The notes under the pieces: model-generated | Database searches by the model: none | What the model was told of the DNA's origin: nothing | Seen by the model: the letters and a program-made list of their open reading frames with translations, nothing else | Source of the DNA: Candidatus Multivorans sp. | Lineage (GTDB): Bacteria; Acidobacteriota; Thermoanaerobaculia; Multivoradales; Multivoraceae | Reading direction: 5' to 3' | Assembly (NCBI GenBank): GCA_965224025.1 | Contig: OZ245033.1 | Location: 1,120,001-1,184,000 of the forward strand | DNA: 64,000 nucleotides | Shown: one piece after another, positions 31,294-45,540 of the stretch | How positions within the stretch are numbered: position 1 is the stretch's first letter | Layout of the letters: each line of letters starts with the position of its first letter | Position numbers and translations under genes: made by a program

Positions 31294-33795
31294 ATGAGTT
31301 GCTGCAGCAGCGCGACGTCCGAGGCGCTTGAGTTCCCGGCACTGCTCCGCGTGGTCGCCGGGCTTGCGGTGACCGACGCCGGCACGCGGCTGGTCCACGC
31401 CATCTCGCCGCGCACGGACCCTGACGAGATCGAGCTTCGCCGGGTCCGTTACGCCGAGATCGCCCGGGAACGGGGGGAGGGTGGCGCCCTCGTACCGGTG
31501 CTCGATCAGGAGCTTCTGGATCTGCGGCGCCAGTTGCAGACCGGCGGCCGGCGGTTGGCCGGCGCTGCACTGCGGGGCCTCGCGGCCGTGATCGAGGCCG
31601 GCGAGGAAGTCCTCGAGCGGCTGGGCGACCACGAAGAGACGCCGCGGCTCGCGGCGGAAGTCGAGTCGCTGCGCGCCCTGGAGGTCGGCGCCACGGACAG
31701 CGCCGTAACAGGCGAACCGATCGGTTGCGCCGCCCTGGCGGCGCGCCTGCGCCGCGCCCTGGATCGTCGCGGCGCGGTGCGGGACGATGCGTCGCCCCGG
31801 CTCAGAGCGCTGGTGCAAGACGCTCGCCGTACCTTGGCCTCGGTTGAGACACAGGTACAGGCGTACGTCAGGGAGCACGGTCACAGGCTGGCCGACGACT
31901 CGACACCGATGCGCGGCGGCCGGTTCTCCGTGTTGCTGCCCTCCGGTAGCCGGGGTCGTCTCTCCGGTCTCGTGAGGGGTCGCTCCGCCTCGGGCCGCAG
32001 CTTCTACTTCGAGCCCTCGGAGGTGGTGGAAGGCAACGACGAGCTGGAGCGGCTCGCCGCCGACAAGGAGATCGAGCGGGCCCGCATCCTCGCCGAGCTG
32101 GTTCGGCAGGTGCTGGAGTTGACTCCGGCGATCCTTGCCAGGATCGACTTCCTTGCCGCGGTCGACGCGCTGCAGGCCGTGGCGCGCTTCGCGGCCCACG
32201 TCGACGCCGGGCTGGCGGGCGTTGCACCGCCGGCGCCGAACGGTTCGGCGGCGGCGGTGGAACTCCGCGGCGCCCGCCATCCGCTTCTCGATCCGCGGCT
32301 GGCCGAGTACCGGGAGCAGACCCTTGGCGCCGCCGGCAACCGCGGCGAGGTGGTGCCGCTCGACCTGGCCCTGGAGGACCATCGGATTCTGGTTCTGACC
32401 GGACCCAATGCCGGCGGCAAGACGGTGGCCCTCAAGACCGTCGGACTGCTCTGCCTGATGACCCAGGCGGGCCTGCCGGTGCCGGCCGCGCCCGGCAGCC
32501 GGTTTCCGATCTTCGATCACCTCGTCGCGGTGGTCGGCGACGACCAGAGCGTTCTGGACGAACAGTCGACCTTCAGCGCCCGCCTGCTGCGTCTGCGGGA
32601 GGTGTGGCGCCGCGCCGGACCGCGCACCCTCGTGCTGCTCGATGAAGTCGGCGCCGGAACCAATCCGGAAGAAGGCGCCGCGCTCGGGATCGCGTTGATC
32701 GAGGGGCTCGTCGAGAGCGCCTCGATGGGCGTCCTCACCACTCACCTGACCCAGCTCGCCGCCGCCGCCCTCGAGTCCCAGGCGGCCTCCTGCGCCGCGA
32801 TGAGCTTCGACCCGGAGAGCGGGCTGCCGACCTACCGGCTCGTGATCGGGCCGCCCGGAGGCAGCCGTGCCCTCGCGCTGGCGCGGCGCCTCGGCCTGCC
32901 GGCGGCCTGGCTGGAGCGCGCGGAGCACTTTCTCGGCTCCGAGCACCAGCAGTTGAGACGCGTCCTGGAGCGCAACGAGCGGCACCGGGAACGGTTGCTC
33001 GAACGGGAAGCGGAACTTGCCCGGTTGACCGCCGAGACCGAGGTGGAGCGCAACCGCTTCGAGGCCCGCCAGACGTCGCTGCGGGCGGCTCAGAAGCGGC
33101 TGAGCCAAGCGGTCCGGCGCGAAGTGGATGCCTTGCGCAGGGCGAACCGCCGCCGGCTGGATCAGGCTCTGGCCGAGTTGGCCGCGCTGCCCCGGCCGGG
33201 CAAGAAGGCCTTCGCGCGGGCCGCCCGCGGCCTGCACCAGGAACTCGGCCGCGATGCGTCGGCCGCGGTCGATCGCGCGGCCGACGCGAACCCTGAACCC
33301 GGCATCCGCGAGGAGCAGGATCCTGGGTGCGCAGCGGCCGCGGAGCGGCCACGCCCGCTCGTGGCGGGCGCGCCGGTGCGCCACCGATCGCTCGGCTGGA
33401 TCGGCGAACTCCAGGAAGTGAGCGGCGACCGGGCCACGGTGCTGGTGCGGGGGAAACGGGTGCGGGCGGCGTCCGCGGCGCTGGAGGCCATCCGGGTGGT
33501 GGAGCGAGCCGCGCCATCCCGGGTACGGGTCCAGGCGTCTTCGGCGCCGGCGGTCGAGGCGGAGTTGATGCTGATCGGCCAGATGGTCGAACCGGCGCTC
33601 GATTCCCTGGACGCCTATCTCGACCGGGCCCTGGCCTCGGGCCGCGAACGGGTGCGGGTGGTCCACGGTCACGGCAGCGGACGGCTGCGCCGGGCCGTCC
33701 GTGAGCATCTGCGGGGACATCCGGCGGTAGCCGGGTTCGATCCCGCGCCACCCTCGGCGGGCGGTGACGGGGCCACTGAGGTCGTGTTGCGCTAG
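31294..33795 (+). CDS. mutS2: Endonuclease MutS2 with C-terminal Smr domain
   Basis: LEFP N-terminus, SASGRSFYFEP, TGPNAGGKT, STFS, DEVGAGTNPEEG and VHGHGSGRLR. Confidence 0.92.
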   Translation: MSCCSSATSEALEFPALLRVVAGLAVTDAGTRLVHAISPRTDPDEIELRRVRYAEIARERGEGGALVPVLDQELLDLRRQLQTGGRRLAGAALRGLAAVIEAGEEVLERLGDHEETPRLAAEVESLRALEVGATDSAVTGEPIGCAALAARLRRALDRRGAVRDDASPRLRALVQDARRTLASVETQVQAYVREHGHRLADDSTPMRGGRFSVLLPSGSRGRLSGLVRGRSASGRSFYFEPSEVVEGNDELERLAADKEIERARILAELVRQVLELTPAILARIDFLAAVDALQAVARFAAHVDAGLAGVAPPAPNGSAAAVELRGARHPLLDPRLAEYREQTLGAAGNRGEVVPLDLALEDHRILVLTGPNAGGKTVALKTVGLLCLMTQAGLPVPAAPGSRFPIFDHLVAVVGDDQSVLDEQSTFSARLLRLREVWRRAGPRTLVLLDEVGAGTNPEEGAALGIALIEGLVESASMGVLTTHLTQLAAAALESQAASCAAMSFDPESGLPTYRLVIGPPGGSRALALARRLGLPAAWLERAEHFLGSEHQQLRRVLERNERHRERLLEREAELARLTAETEVERNRFEARQTSLRAAQKRLSQAVRREVDALRRANRRRLDQALAELAALPRPGKKAFARAARGLHQELGRDASAAVDRAADANPEPGIREEQDPGCAAAAERPRPLVAGAPVRHRSLGWIGELQEVSGDRATVLVRGKRVRAASAALEAIRVVERAAPSRVRVQASSAPAVEAELMLIGQMVEPALDSLDAYLDRALASGRERVRVVHGHGSGRLRRAVREHLRGHPAVAGFDPAPPSAGGDGATEVVLR

Positions 33796-33841
33796 CGTCA
33801 AACGCTGCGGGAGGCTCGGATCCGCAGTAGGATGAGCGGTC

Positions 33842-35638
33842 GTGCCACGGCGTTCGAGGCTTACCGACGAGGCGTTGGACGCCGTGCGCGAGGCGATCGA
33901 CATCGTCGACATCGCGAGCGAGCACACGAAGGTCGAGCGCCGAGGCCGGCGCTTCGTTGCGCTCTGCCCGTTCCACAAGGAGAAGACGCCGTCCCTGTCG
34001 CTGGACCCCGAGCGGAAGCTCTACTACTGCTTCGGCTGCGGCGCCGGCGGCGATGCCCTCGGTCTGCACATGGAACTGACGGGAGACGACTTCGCCACCG
34101 CGATCGAACACTTCGCCGACCGCTACGGTGTCCCGTTGCCGAGGGCGGCGCCGGCCCCGGGCGAGGACGCGCGGGCGGACCGGTCCGAGCGCATCCAGGC
34201 CGCGCTCGATGCCGCCTACGATTTCTTTCGCGGCAAACTGCGCACCGAGGCGATGCCGCAGGACTACCTGCGCCGGCGCAAGGTGCCGCCTGCGTTGATC
34301 GCGCGGTTCGGTGTCGGCTTTGCGCCGGATGGATGGCAGGCTCTGGTGCAGGGCCTGGGCCGCCGCATGGAGGTGCCCGACCTGGAGGCCGCGGGTCTGG
34401 TCGCGCGCAGTCCCAAGAACCCGGACCGCCCCTACGACCGGTTCCGTAACCGGCTGATGTTCCCCATCCGGTCGCCGTCAGGCCGTCTGCTGGCGTTCGG
34501 CGGCCGGACCCTGGACGACGACCAGGCGAAGTACGTCAACACGAACGAGACCGACCACTTCCGCAAGGGCACCCTGCTCTACGGTCTCGACGCGGCCCGC
34601 CGCGGCATCCGCGAGCAGGGCCGTGTCCTCCTGGTGGAGGGCTACTTCGACGTGATCGGCGCGGTCGCGTCCGGCATCGACTGGGCGGTGGCGAGCATGG
34701 GGACGTCGTTGACCGCGCAACAGGTGCGGCTGCTGTCCCGGTACACGGATGAGGTCGTACTGGGCTACGACGGCGACCGGGCCGGCATCGAGGCGGCGCA
34801 GAAGGCCGCCGCCCTGATGCTCGGCGCCGGACTCGTGGTCCGTCGCGCCCGTTTTCCCGCCGGCCAGGACCCGGACTCGCTGCGGCTCGACGAGGGGCCC
34901 GAGGCGGTCCGGAGCGTCATAGGCGGGGCCCGGGACGCGGTGGCGCTGGAGATCGACGATCTGCCGAGCCGGGGCGAGCTCGATCCCCGCCTGAGGGCCC
35001 GGGAAGCCGCGCGGGTGCGGGTGCTGATCGACCGGGTCCAGGATCCGATTGCGCGCAGAGGCTACTTCGAGCATGCGGCGGACCGCCTGGGAGTCAAGGT
35101 GGAGGTGCTGCTGCGCGAGTCGGGCGCCGTCGCGGAGCGGCCTGGGGGCGCCGTCGCGGCGGCGGCGCCGGCGGGCCGGAGGCCCCCGGCCACATCCTCG
35201 ATCGAAGAGCAAGTGTTGCGGCTGATCATCGCCGCCCCGTCGCTGGCCGGTATCGACTGGCCGGACTCGGACGCCTTTTTCGATCCGGCCTTGCGCGCCA
35301 TCTACCGAGCCATGGGAAAGCAGGTCAAGGCGGGTATTGACTCCATCGACTCGCCGGCGCTGGTCGCGGCCCTTGGGCGGCGCTCCGGCGCCGGTGACGA
35401 GGCCGGCATACCTGTTGACCGCATCGCCGGCCTTTTGTTACAACGGTCGTCTGCCTTCTCTGCACGGGAACTCCGAATCAGTCTCGCCGAGTTGGGCCGG
35501 CGCTTCGCCAGACAGCGACTCCACTTGCTCGCCCGGGAAATCAATCTCGCCCAGCGCGAGGGCGACATGGAGACCCTGCATCGCAAGATCGAAGAGAAGC
35601 AGAAGCTCAGCCATGACCTGTACCAACCCAGAGATTGA
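33842..35638 (+). CDS. dnaG: DNA primase
   Basis: CPFHKEKTPS...CFGC zinc finger, DRFRNRLMFPI, EGYFD, YDGDRAG and DPD. Confidence 0.96.
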   Translation: MPRRSRLTDEALDAVREAIDIVDIASEHTKVERRGRRFVALCPFHKEKTPSLSLDPERKLYYCFGCGAGGDALGLHMELTGDDFATAIEHFADRYGVPLPRAAPAPGEDARADRSERIQAALDAAYDFFRGKLRTEAMPQDYLRRRKVPPALIARFGVGFAPDGWQALVQGLGRRMEVPDLEAAGLVARSPKNPDRPYDRFRNRLMFPIRSPSGRLLAFGGRTLDDDQAKYVNTNETDHFRKGTLLYGLDAARRGIREQGRVLLVEGYFDVIGAVASGIDWAVASMGTSLTAQQVRLLSRYTDEVVLGYDGDRAGIEAAQKAAALMLGAGLVVRRARFPAGQDPDSLRLDEGPEAVRSVIGGARDAVALEIDDLPSRGELDPRLRAREAARVRVLIDRVQDPIARRGYFEHAADRLGVKVEVLLRESGAVAERPGGAVAAAAPAGRRPPATSSIEEQVLRLIIAAPSLAGIDWPDSDAFFDPALRAIYRAMGKQVKAGIDSIDSPALVAALGRRSGAGDEAGIPVDRIAGLLLQRSSAFSARELRISLAELGRRFARQRLHLLAREINLAQREGDMETLHRKIEEKQKLSHDLYQPRD

Positions 35639-35647
35639 GGGCGTGGC

Positions 35648-37372
<1,725 letters not shown>

Positions 37373-37394
37373 CGCTCTGGCGATCCGTGGTCGA

Positions 37395-37424
37395 TTGACA
37401 GTCGGCTCGGAGCCTCCCTAAGAT
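37395..37424 (+). promoter_or_regulatory. Sigma70 promoter of tRNA-Asn
   Basis: TTGACA-N18-TAAGAT. Confidence 0.65.
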
Positions 37425-37469
37425 CACCCCCATGTCACCCGCCGCTGTTGCCTGGAGCCGGCGGATTCT

Positions 37470-37544
37470 TCCTCGGTAGCTCAACGGTAGAGCGTTCGGC
37501 TGTTAACCGAAATGTTGGGGGTTCGAATCCCTCCCGAGGAGCCA
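37470..37544 (+). tRNA. tRNA-Asn (GTT)
   Basis: TCCTCGG/CCGAGGA acceptor stem, CT-GTT-AA anticodon loop, GGTTCGAATCC T-arm and encoded CCA. Confidence 0.96.
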
Positions 37545-37608
37545 TGGCTCGCGGCTTTGACGGGGACGCGGGATAGCCTCTCGCGCCGGGTCGCGTGAGG
37601 TAGAAGAG

Positions 37609-39207
37609 ATGGCCGACGTTTCGCGGGAGTTCCTGACAGCCGGTTGGGGCACTGGCTATTCGCGCTATTCGCGCCTGAGCGTGGCTCGGCTCTACGAGGA
37701 GGCGGTGCGTCGCGACGAAGCGGCCATCGCCGCCGAGGGGCCCCTGGTGGCCTCGACCGGCGAGCACACGGGACGGTCGCCGAAAGACCGGTTCCTGGTG
37801 CACCGGTCGCCGTCGTCGGACGCCGTAGACTGGGGGCCGATCAACCAGGCGCTCGAGCCCGAGCACTTCGACCGCCTGTTCCGCAAGATGCTGGCCGCTG
37901 CCGCGGAGCGGGATCTGTTCGTGTTCGACGGTTTCGTCGGCGCCGATCCCGATTGCCGCTTGAGCGTGCGTGTGATCACGGAGAGGGCGTGGCACAGCCT
38001 GTTCGCGCGCAATATGTTCCTGCGCGCGGCCGACCCTTCGGCTCTCGAAGGTTTCGTACCCGACCACACCGTCGTCGACATCCCCAGTGTTCTGGCCGAT
38101 CCGGAGGCGGACGGCACGAACAGCACCACGTTCATCGCCCTCGACCTGGAGCGGCATCTGACCCTGATCGGCGGTAGCGAGTACGCCGGCGAGATCAAGA
38201 AATCGATGTTCAGCGTGATGAACTACCTGATGCCGCGCCGCGGCGTTCTGAGCATGCACTGCAGTGCGAACTACGGCGCGGACCGCTCGGACTCGGCCCT
38301 GTTCTTCGGTCTCTCCGGCACCGGCAAGACGACCCTCTCGGCCGATCCGGAGCGCACCCTGATCGGTGACGACGAGCACTGCTGGTGCGACGACGGCATC
38401 TTCAATATCGAGGGCGGCTGCTACGCCAAGGCGATCCGTCTCGATCCCGAGGGCGAACCGGAGATCCATGCCACGACCCGGCGCTTCGGGACGGTGCTCG
38501 AGAACGTCGTCTTCGACGAGGAATCGCGCGAACTCGACCTCGACGACGATTCCCGCACCGAGAACACCCGCGCCAGCTACCCGCTGAGCCACCTGGAGCA
38601 CGTCGACGTCGGCGGCGTCGCCGGGCATCCCCGCGCGGTCGTCTTCCTGACCTGCGACGCGTTCGGCGTCCTGCCGCCGATCAGCCGGCTCACCGAGGCG
38701 CAGGCGATGTACCACTTCCTGTCCGGCTACACCGCCAAGGTGGGCGGCACGGAACGCGGAGTCACCGAGCCGACGGCGACCTTCAGCGCCTGCTTCGGCG
38801 CCCCCTTCATGCCGCTGCCGCCGTCCGCCTACGCCCGGCTGCTGGGCGAGAAGGTGCGGCGCCACGGAGCCGCCGTCTGGCTCGTGAACACGGGCTGGAC
38901 CGGCGGGCCGTACGGCGAGGGCCGGCGCATCGAGTTGGCCTACACCCGGCGGATGATCCACGCCGCGCTCGACGGCAGCCTCGACAACGCGCCGATGTGC
39001 ACCCACCCCGTCTTCGGCCTCGCCTACCCCACCTTGCTCGACGGCGTGCCGGCGGAGGTGCTCGATGCGCGCAGGAGCTGGGCCGACCCGCGGGCCTACG
39101 ATCGGTACGCGCGCCGGCTGGCGCAGATGTTCACCGACAACTTCGCGAGTCTGTCGGGCGCCGCCGCGCAGGAAGTGGTGGCGGCCGCGCCGCGGGCTGC
39201 GGTCTAG
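37609..39207 (+). CDS. pckA: Phosphoenolpyruvate carboxykinase (ATP)
   Basis: [39 protein letters not shown] and FSACFGAPF. Confidence 0.97.
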   Translation: MADVSREFLTAGWGTGYSRYSRLSVARLYEEAVRRDEAAIAAEGPLVASTGEHTGRSPKDRFLVHRSPSSDAVDWGPINQALEPEHFDRLFRKMLAAAAERDLFVFDGFVGADPDCRLSVRVITERAWHSLFARNMFLRAADPSALEGFVPDHTVVDIPSVLADPEADGTNSTTFIALDLERHLTLIGGSEYAGEIKKSMFSVMNYLMPRRGVLSMHCSANYGADRSDSALFFGLSGTGKTTLSADPERTLIGDDEHCWCDDGIFNIEGGCYAKAIRLDPEGEPEIHATTRRFGTVLENVVFDEESRELDLDDDSRTENTRASYPLSHLEHVDVGGVAGHPRAVVFLTCDAFGVLPPISRLTEAQAMYHFLSGYTAKVGGTERGVTEPTATFSACFGAPFMPLPPSAYARLLGEKVRRHGAAVWLVNTGWTGGPYGEGRRIELAYTRRMIHAALDGSLDNAPMCTHPVFGLAYPTLLDGVPAEVLDARRSWADPRAYDRYARRLAQMFTDNFASLSGAAAQEVVAAAPRAAV

Positions 39208-39236
39208 CTGTTGCGAGGACCGGTAAGGAGAACCGA

Positions 39237-41180
<1,944 letters not shown>

Positions 41181-41183
41181 GAG

Positions 41184-41330
41184 TCAGCGCTGCGTCCGCG
41201 CAGCGCTGACTTGCAGGGAACTGGTCGCCGACTGGGTGCGCGGGTCTTCTGACCCGCTGCCGCCGGAGGCGGCCAGAGATACGTGCCGGCCGTCAGGCCG
41301 GCTCCGCTTTGGCGGCCAGTTCCCTGCAAG
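41184..41330 (+). mobile_element. 147-bp IS110-related MITE
   Basis: ctagg-AG left junction; hairpin gtcagcgctgcg-tccg-cgcagcgctgac; 20-bp inverted repeat (41210-41229 vs 41311-41330, one mismatch); ends gttccctgcaAG followed by cctgcgcggcag. Confidence 0.82.
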
Positions 41331-41402
41331 CCTGCGCGGCAGTCTCATTCGGCGCCCGCTGCGGCCCGTGAGCCCCCCGGCGGCTACACTCGGAGTCGGA
41401 CC

Positions 41403-42620
41403 ATGGCAGCGAAGTCAAACGAGCCGCTCCGTGATTTCGGGACGCCGATCCGGGTCCTGGTCGTCGCCGCGTGCGTGGTCGTGCTGGTGGCGGGTCTCCG
41501 GGCCGCGTCGTCGGTCATCGAGCCCTTCCTGATCGCGCTGTTCGTCGTCACGCTCAGCCTGCCGGTCCTGTTCTGGCTCAAGCAGCGCCTGCCAGCGATG
41601 CTGGCGGTGCTCGGCACGATCCTGCTGGATATCGCCGTTCTGGCGGCGGCCGGCTCACTGGTCGGGACGACCGCCAACCAGCTCGCGGGCGACATGGACA
41701 AGTACCAGGACAGCCTGATGGCCCTGGTCGACGACGGTGTCACCTGGCTGGAGGAACGCGGCCTGCAGCCCGATTGGCTCGCTTCATCGGATGCGGAGAG
41801 AGCCGGCGCCGGCGACACCGGCGCGGGCACGGAGTCCGGGAGCAACGGTGGTGCGGTTGCGGTTACGGACGGCCAGCCGGTTCCGGACGGCGTCGGCGAG
41901 GCATCGGAACGGCTGGGGCTGCTGTCACGCCTGGATTCCAGCCTCCTCTTCGACTTCGCGAACCAGGCGCTGCGCTACACGGCGACGGCGTTCTCGTCGC
42001 TGCTGATCATCTCCCTCATCGTGATCTTCATGCTGTTCGAGGCCGCCACCTTTCGCGGCAAGGTGCGGATGGCCTTCACCGGCGACGGCGCCGAAGAACG
42101 ATTCTCTCGCGTCATGCACGAGATTCAGCACTACATCGGCATCAAGACCGTGGTCAGCGCGGCTACCGGCTTGCTGATCGGAGTCTGGGCCTGGGTTCTC
42201 GGCGTCGACTTCGCGATCTTCTGGGGCCTGGTCGCCTTCGTCCTGAACTTCATCCCGAACCTGGGTTCGATCATCGCCGCCGTGCCGACCACCCTGCTGG
42301 CGATGGTTCAGATCGGCGTCGGCCGCGGACTCCTCGTAGCGCTCGGCTACCTGGTCGTGAACATGGTCATCGGCAACCTCATCGAGCCGCACCTGATGGG
42401 CCGCCGTCTGGGTCTCTCCACCCTGGTCGTCGTCCTGTCCCTGGTGTTCTGGGGCTGGGTCTGGGGCCCGATCGGGATGCTGCTATCCGTGCCGCTGACC
42501 ATGGTGCTCAAGATCATGCTCGAGAACACGGAGGAGTTCCGCTGGGTCGCGGTGCTTCTTGGCGACAGCCGGGCGGCTGAACGTCTGGCGCCCGTGTCCG
42601 GCGGGGAGAAGGAGGCGTGA
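41403..42620 (+). CDS. AI-2E family transporter
   Basis: Multi-TM; YIGIKT, LNFIPNLGS, EPHLMG..LGLS and WGWVWGPIGMLLSVPLT. Confidence 0.92.
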   Translation: MAAKSNEPLRDFGTPIRVLVVAACVVVLVAGLRAASSVIEPFLIALFVVTLSLPVLFWLKQRLPAMLAVLGTILLDIAVLAAAGSLVGTTANQLAGDMDKYQDSLMALVDDGVTWLEERGLQPDWLASSDAERAGAGDTGAGTESGSNGGAVAVTDGQPVPDGVGEASERLGLLSRLDSSLLFDFANQALRYTATAFSSLLIISLIVIFMLFEAATFRGKVRMAFTGDGAEERFSRVMHEIQHYIGIKTVVSAATGLLIGVWAWVLGVDFAIFWGLVAFVLNFIPNLGSIIAAVPTTLLAMVQIGVGRGLLVALGYLVVNMVIGNLIEPHLMGRRLGLSTLVVVLSLVFWGWVWGPIGMLLSVPLTMVLKIMLENTEEFRWVAVLLGDSRAAERLAPVSGGEKEA

Positions 42621-43336
42621 GGGCGATCGTCCATGGCGTTGGAGTCGCTGCTTTCGTTGGGCTCCCGCTTGCGACGGCCGCCTTCGCGCAAGGTGAAGTC
42701 CTCGACAATGCGGACATCGTCAACCTCACCGAGGCGGGCCTGCCAGCCGAGGTCATCGTGGCCAAGATCGAATCGACCGCGACGGTCTTCGATACGAGCG
42801 CGGAGAAGCTGGTTGCGCTCGTCCAGGCCGGCGTCCACGCCGAAGTCCTGGCAGCGATGGCGAAGGCCTCGGCGGCTTCGACTTCCGCGGCAAGTGAACC
42901 GCCGGACGACGAGCCGGTCAGGGACCCGGAGCCGGCGGAGCAGCCGCGTGCTGAGCCGGAGCCGGTCCGCGACGTGTCCATGGCGCGACCGTTCGCGGTG
43001 TCGATCCACGAGGTGACGCTGGACGAGTACGACCGCTTCACCGCTGCTGCCGACCGCCCGCCGGTGGACGACGGGGGTTGGGGGGCCGCCGTCCTGCAGT
43101 GAACGTGTCCTGGTCGGACGCGCGGGAGTACGCGGCCTGGCTGTCGCGGGAGACGGGCGGCGCCTACCGGTTGCTGGGCGAGGCGGAGTGGGAGTACGTG
43201 ACGCGTGCCGGATCGACCACACAATTCCACTTCGGCGACCATCCCATGGACCTCTGCCGCGGGCCGGGACGGTATTGCCGTGGACGAGCGCGGCCTGAAC
43301 ATCGGCTTTCGCGTTGCGCGGACGCTGGCTCCCTGA
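42617..43336 (+). pseudogene. Degraded secreted FGE-sulfatase (SUMF1-like) domain gene
   Basis: Signal peptide and PFAVSIHEVT in frame 1; PAVNVSW...YRLLGEAEWEY in frame 2 after a G-run; NIGFRVART-stop in a further shifted frame. The central part is missing. Confidence 0.8.
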
Positions 43337-43405
43337 CGGCTACACAGGACGGAAGTCGGTCTTCGCCCGAGTCACCTGTGCAGGAGGCAGGCGCCGGGTC
43401 CTGCG

Positions 43406-44152
43406 TTACAGCAGCCGTGGAATGACCGCGCGGCGCTTCGCGGCGTACTCGGGGAAGCTCTCTCGATACCAGCGGTGACGCCAGAGTGCTCGAGGAATCA
43501 GGTTAGCCGCGGTCCACAGAGCGAACGCGAGACCCGGCAGAGACCAGCTCATCAGGGCGAAGCCGGTCCACTCGACGATCTCTCCGGCCAGGTTGGGGCA
43601 GGAGACGAGGTTGAAGGGGCCGCCCCGCGGCAGCACGGCGCCGCCTGAAGCCCTGGCGCGTAGCCACGACAGGCGGTAGTCGGAGTATATGTTCAGGGCG
43701 GCCCCGGCGACGAACAGGGCGGCGCCGACGAGAAACCGCGGGTCCGTGAACCAACCACCCGGATAGTCGGCGATCCGGGCCGTGAACCAGCCCAGGAGCG
43801 CGCCGTTGACGAGGTTGAAACAGAAACCGGAGGCGGCCGTGATGGCGGGTAGCGGGCGCGCCTGACGCTGGACGAACCATGGCCACACGAGGGTGCGGTG
43901 GATGTAGTGGGCAAACCACAGGGCGACCAGGACGTCGCCGACCGCGTGACGCTCGCCGGCCGCGAGGTAGACGACGGGGAACACGGCCAGGGCCGACAGT
44001 TCCATGAGGACCCAGCCCCAGCGCGCGTCGAGAGTCGGCCCCCGGGCACGACCGCCCAGGCGTCCGGTCGGGTCCTTTCCCAGCAGAGCGTAGACCAGCA
44101 CGGGAACGGTCAGCCCGCACCAGATCAGGACGGCGGGCGTGAACCAGGACAT
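43406..44152 (-). CDS. 3-oxo-5-alpha-steroid 4-dehydrogenase (steroid 5-alpha-reductase family)
   Basis: WVLME, HYIHR, NIYSD, PRGG.F..VSCPN..GEIVEW.GFA, NLIPRA..HRWY and RRAVIP. Confidence 0.88.
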   Translation of the reverse strand: MSWFTPAVLIWCGLTVPVLVYALLGKDPTGRLGGRARGPTLDARWGWVLMELSALAVFPVVYLAAGERHAVGDVLVALWFAHYIHRTLVWPWFVQRQARPLPAITAASGFCFNLVNGALLGWFTARIADYPGGWFTDPRFLVGAALFVAGAALNIYSDYRLSWLRARASGGAVLPRGGPFNLVSCPNLAGEIVEWTGFALMSWSLPGLAFALWTAANLIPRALWRHRWYRESFPEYAAKRRAVIPRLL

Positions 44153-44170
44153 GTTGGAACGGTTGAACGC

Positions 44171-44560
44171 TCAGGCCGGAGACGCAACCGTGAGACCGGC
44201 GTCGGCGGCGGCGTCTGCGAGGCGCCGGTCGTAGGTCACGACGGCGTCGAGCCGGTCGATCGAAAGGGCTGTAGCCAGGTGGATGGCGTCCAGGCTTTGA
44301 AGAGCGGGCGGATCCAGCGCCGCCGCCCGGGCCAGGGTTGGCTCGTCCAGGGGTATCAGGGCGATGCGTTCAAGAGTCCGCTCCGCTCGCCGGAGTGTTG
44401 TCTCGGGTCGGTTGGCGCGACGCACGGCCCGAAGGACCTCGACCCGCGTCAGTTGGCTCGATACGCGACCTGCTTGCCCGGCCAGGTAGGCGCGGAGTGC
44501 GCTCGATTCCGGTTCTGCAACGACCAGCTTGACGAGTGCTGACGACTCCAGGTAGATCAC
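44171..44560 (-). CDS. vapC: VapC PIN-domain toxin
   Basis: IYLESSALVKL, SLDAIHLATA and TYDRRL. Confidence 0.9.
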   Translation of the reverse strand: MIYLESSALVKLVVAEPESSALRAYLAGQAGRVSSQLTRVEVLRAVRRANRPETTLRRAERTLERIALIPLDEPTLARAAALDPPALQSLDAIHLATALSIDRLDAVVTYDRRLADAAADAGLTVASPA

Positions 44561-44570
44561 CGTCGCTTGC

Positions 44571-44864
44571 TTAGAGCCGGTCCTCCCGGTCGGCGATCAG
44601 CAGGTCGCTTACTTCGGTCGAGACTTCGCCCTCTGGCGGCGGCAGATCCAGGAGATCCCCCACCGGTCTCGTTGCCCGCCCCTCGGCGATGAGGCGCTCC
44701 AGCGGCGACATCTCCTTGGGGAACGGCAGGAGCAGGCCCACCGGCCGGTCCCGGTCCGTGACCTCGAAGCGCTCGCCCTGGCGGATCCGGCGGACATACA
44801 CGCTGAGGTTCTGCCGCAGTTCGCGGATGCCGATCCTGGTTGTCTTCGCGGCTGGCTCGGTCAT
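44571..44864 (-). CDS. Phd/YefM-type antitoxin (VapB role)
   Basis: IGIRELRQNLS...GERFEVTDRDRPVGLLLP; directly upstream of vapC. Confidence 0.88.
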   Translation of the reverse strand: MTEPAAKTTRIGIRELRQNLSVYVRRIRQGERFEVTDRDRPVGLLLPFPKEMSPLERLIAEGRATRPVGDLLDLPPPEGEVSTEVSDLLIADREDRL

Positions 44865-44934
44865 GATGACGCACACGGTAGCACATTGGCGGGCGAAGGC
44901 TCGCTGGCCCTTTGAGAAACTCGTCTCTTCACGA

Positions 44935-44990
44935 TTGACACTTGGCCCTCCCGTGCTAGTCTCCAAATCGGGACTATGCAGGTCCCGGTT
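44935..44990 (+). promoter_or_regulatory. suf operon promoter and putative Rrf2 operator
   Basis: TTGACA-N16-TAGTCT with TG extension, followed by inverted repeat aatcgggac-N7-gtcccggtt (44966-44990). Confidence 0.6.
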
Positions 44991-45078
44991 CCACAGGCGT
45001 CGGGCGCCGGGACTCAAGCGGAGGCGACCAGGTCCCGCTTGCCGCGCCGTCCACACGACGCATCGACGACACACCGTC

Positions 45079-45540
45079 ATGATCCGACTGACCAAGCAAG
45101 CCGACTACGGCATCGTGCTGATGACCCAACTCGCACAGACCGGTCAGGCCCCCGCCGCCGAACTGGCGGTGCAGACGCACCTGCCGTCGCCCATGGTCAG
45201 CAAGATCCTCAAGTTGCTGGCGAAGTCCGGGCTGCTGACCTCGCACCGCGGCGTGCATGGCGGTTACGAACTGGCGCGCTCGGCGGCCGAGATCAGCATC
45301 GCCGACGTGATTCTCGCACTCGAAGGGCCGATCGCCCTGACCGAGTGCAGCGAGCACTCCGACCACGAGTGCTCCTACGAGGCGTTCTGCCGCGTCCGGG
45401 AGAACTGGCAGCGGATCAACCTGGCGGTGCGGGGAGCGCTCGAGGAGATCACGATCGCCGACATGGCGCGGCCGAACTTCATGGCCGGGACGGCCGTCCC
45501 GTCCGCGGAACCCCTGATTTCGCTGAGGAGCAATTCCTGA
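45079..45540 (+). CDS. Rrf2-family SUF system Fe-S cluster assembly regulator
   Basis: [26 protein letters not shown] and three Cys ([16 protein letters not shown]). Confidence 0.92.
   Translation: MIRLTKQADYGIVLMTQLAQTGQAPAAELAVQTHLPSPMVSKILKLLAKSGLLTSHRGVHGGYELARSAAEISIADVILALEGPIALTECSEHSDHECSYEAFCRVRENWQRINLAVRGALEEITIADMARPNFMAGTAVPSAEPLISLRSNS

Noticed and set aside
30745-33978. 1077-aa minus-strand ORF (likewise 3719-6088, 21432-23471, 35438-37327 and 58636-60372)
   Set aside because: Antisense shadows of well-supported genes.
38385-39236. Long N-terminal extensions of acs (and similarly sufB, Rrf2, rodA, mutS2 and the sulfatase) in the ORF track
   Set aside because: They overlap neighbouring genes or intergenic DNA; downstream starts match the protein families.
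42617-43336. DGR target, or maturase for the sulfatase at 57170
   Set aside because: No reverse transcriptase or template repeat in the window; the gene is broken and lacks the catalytic Cys region.
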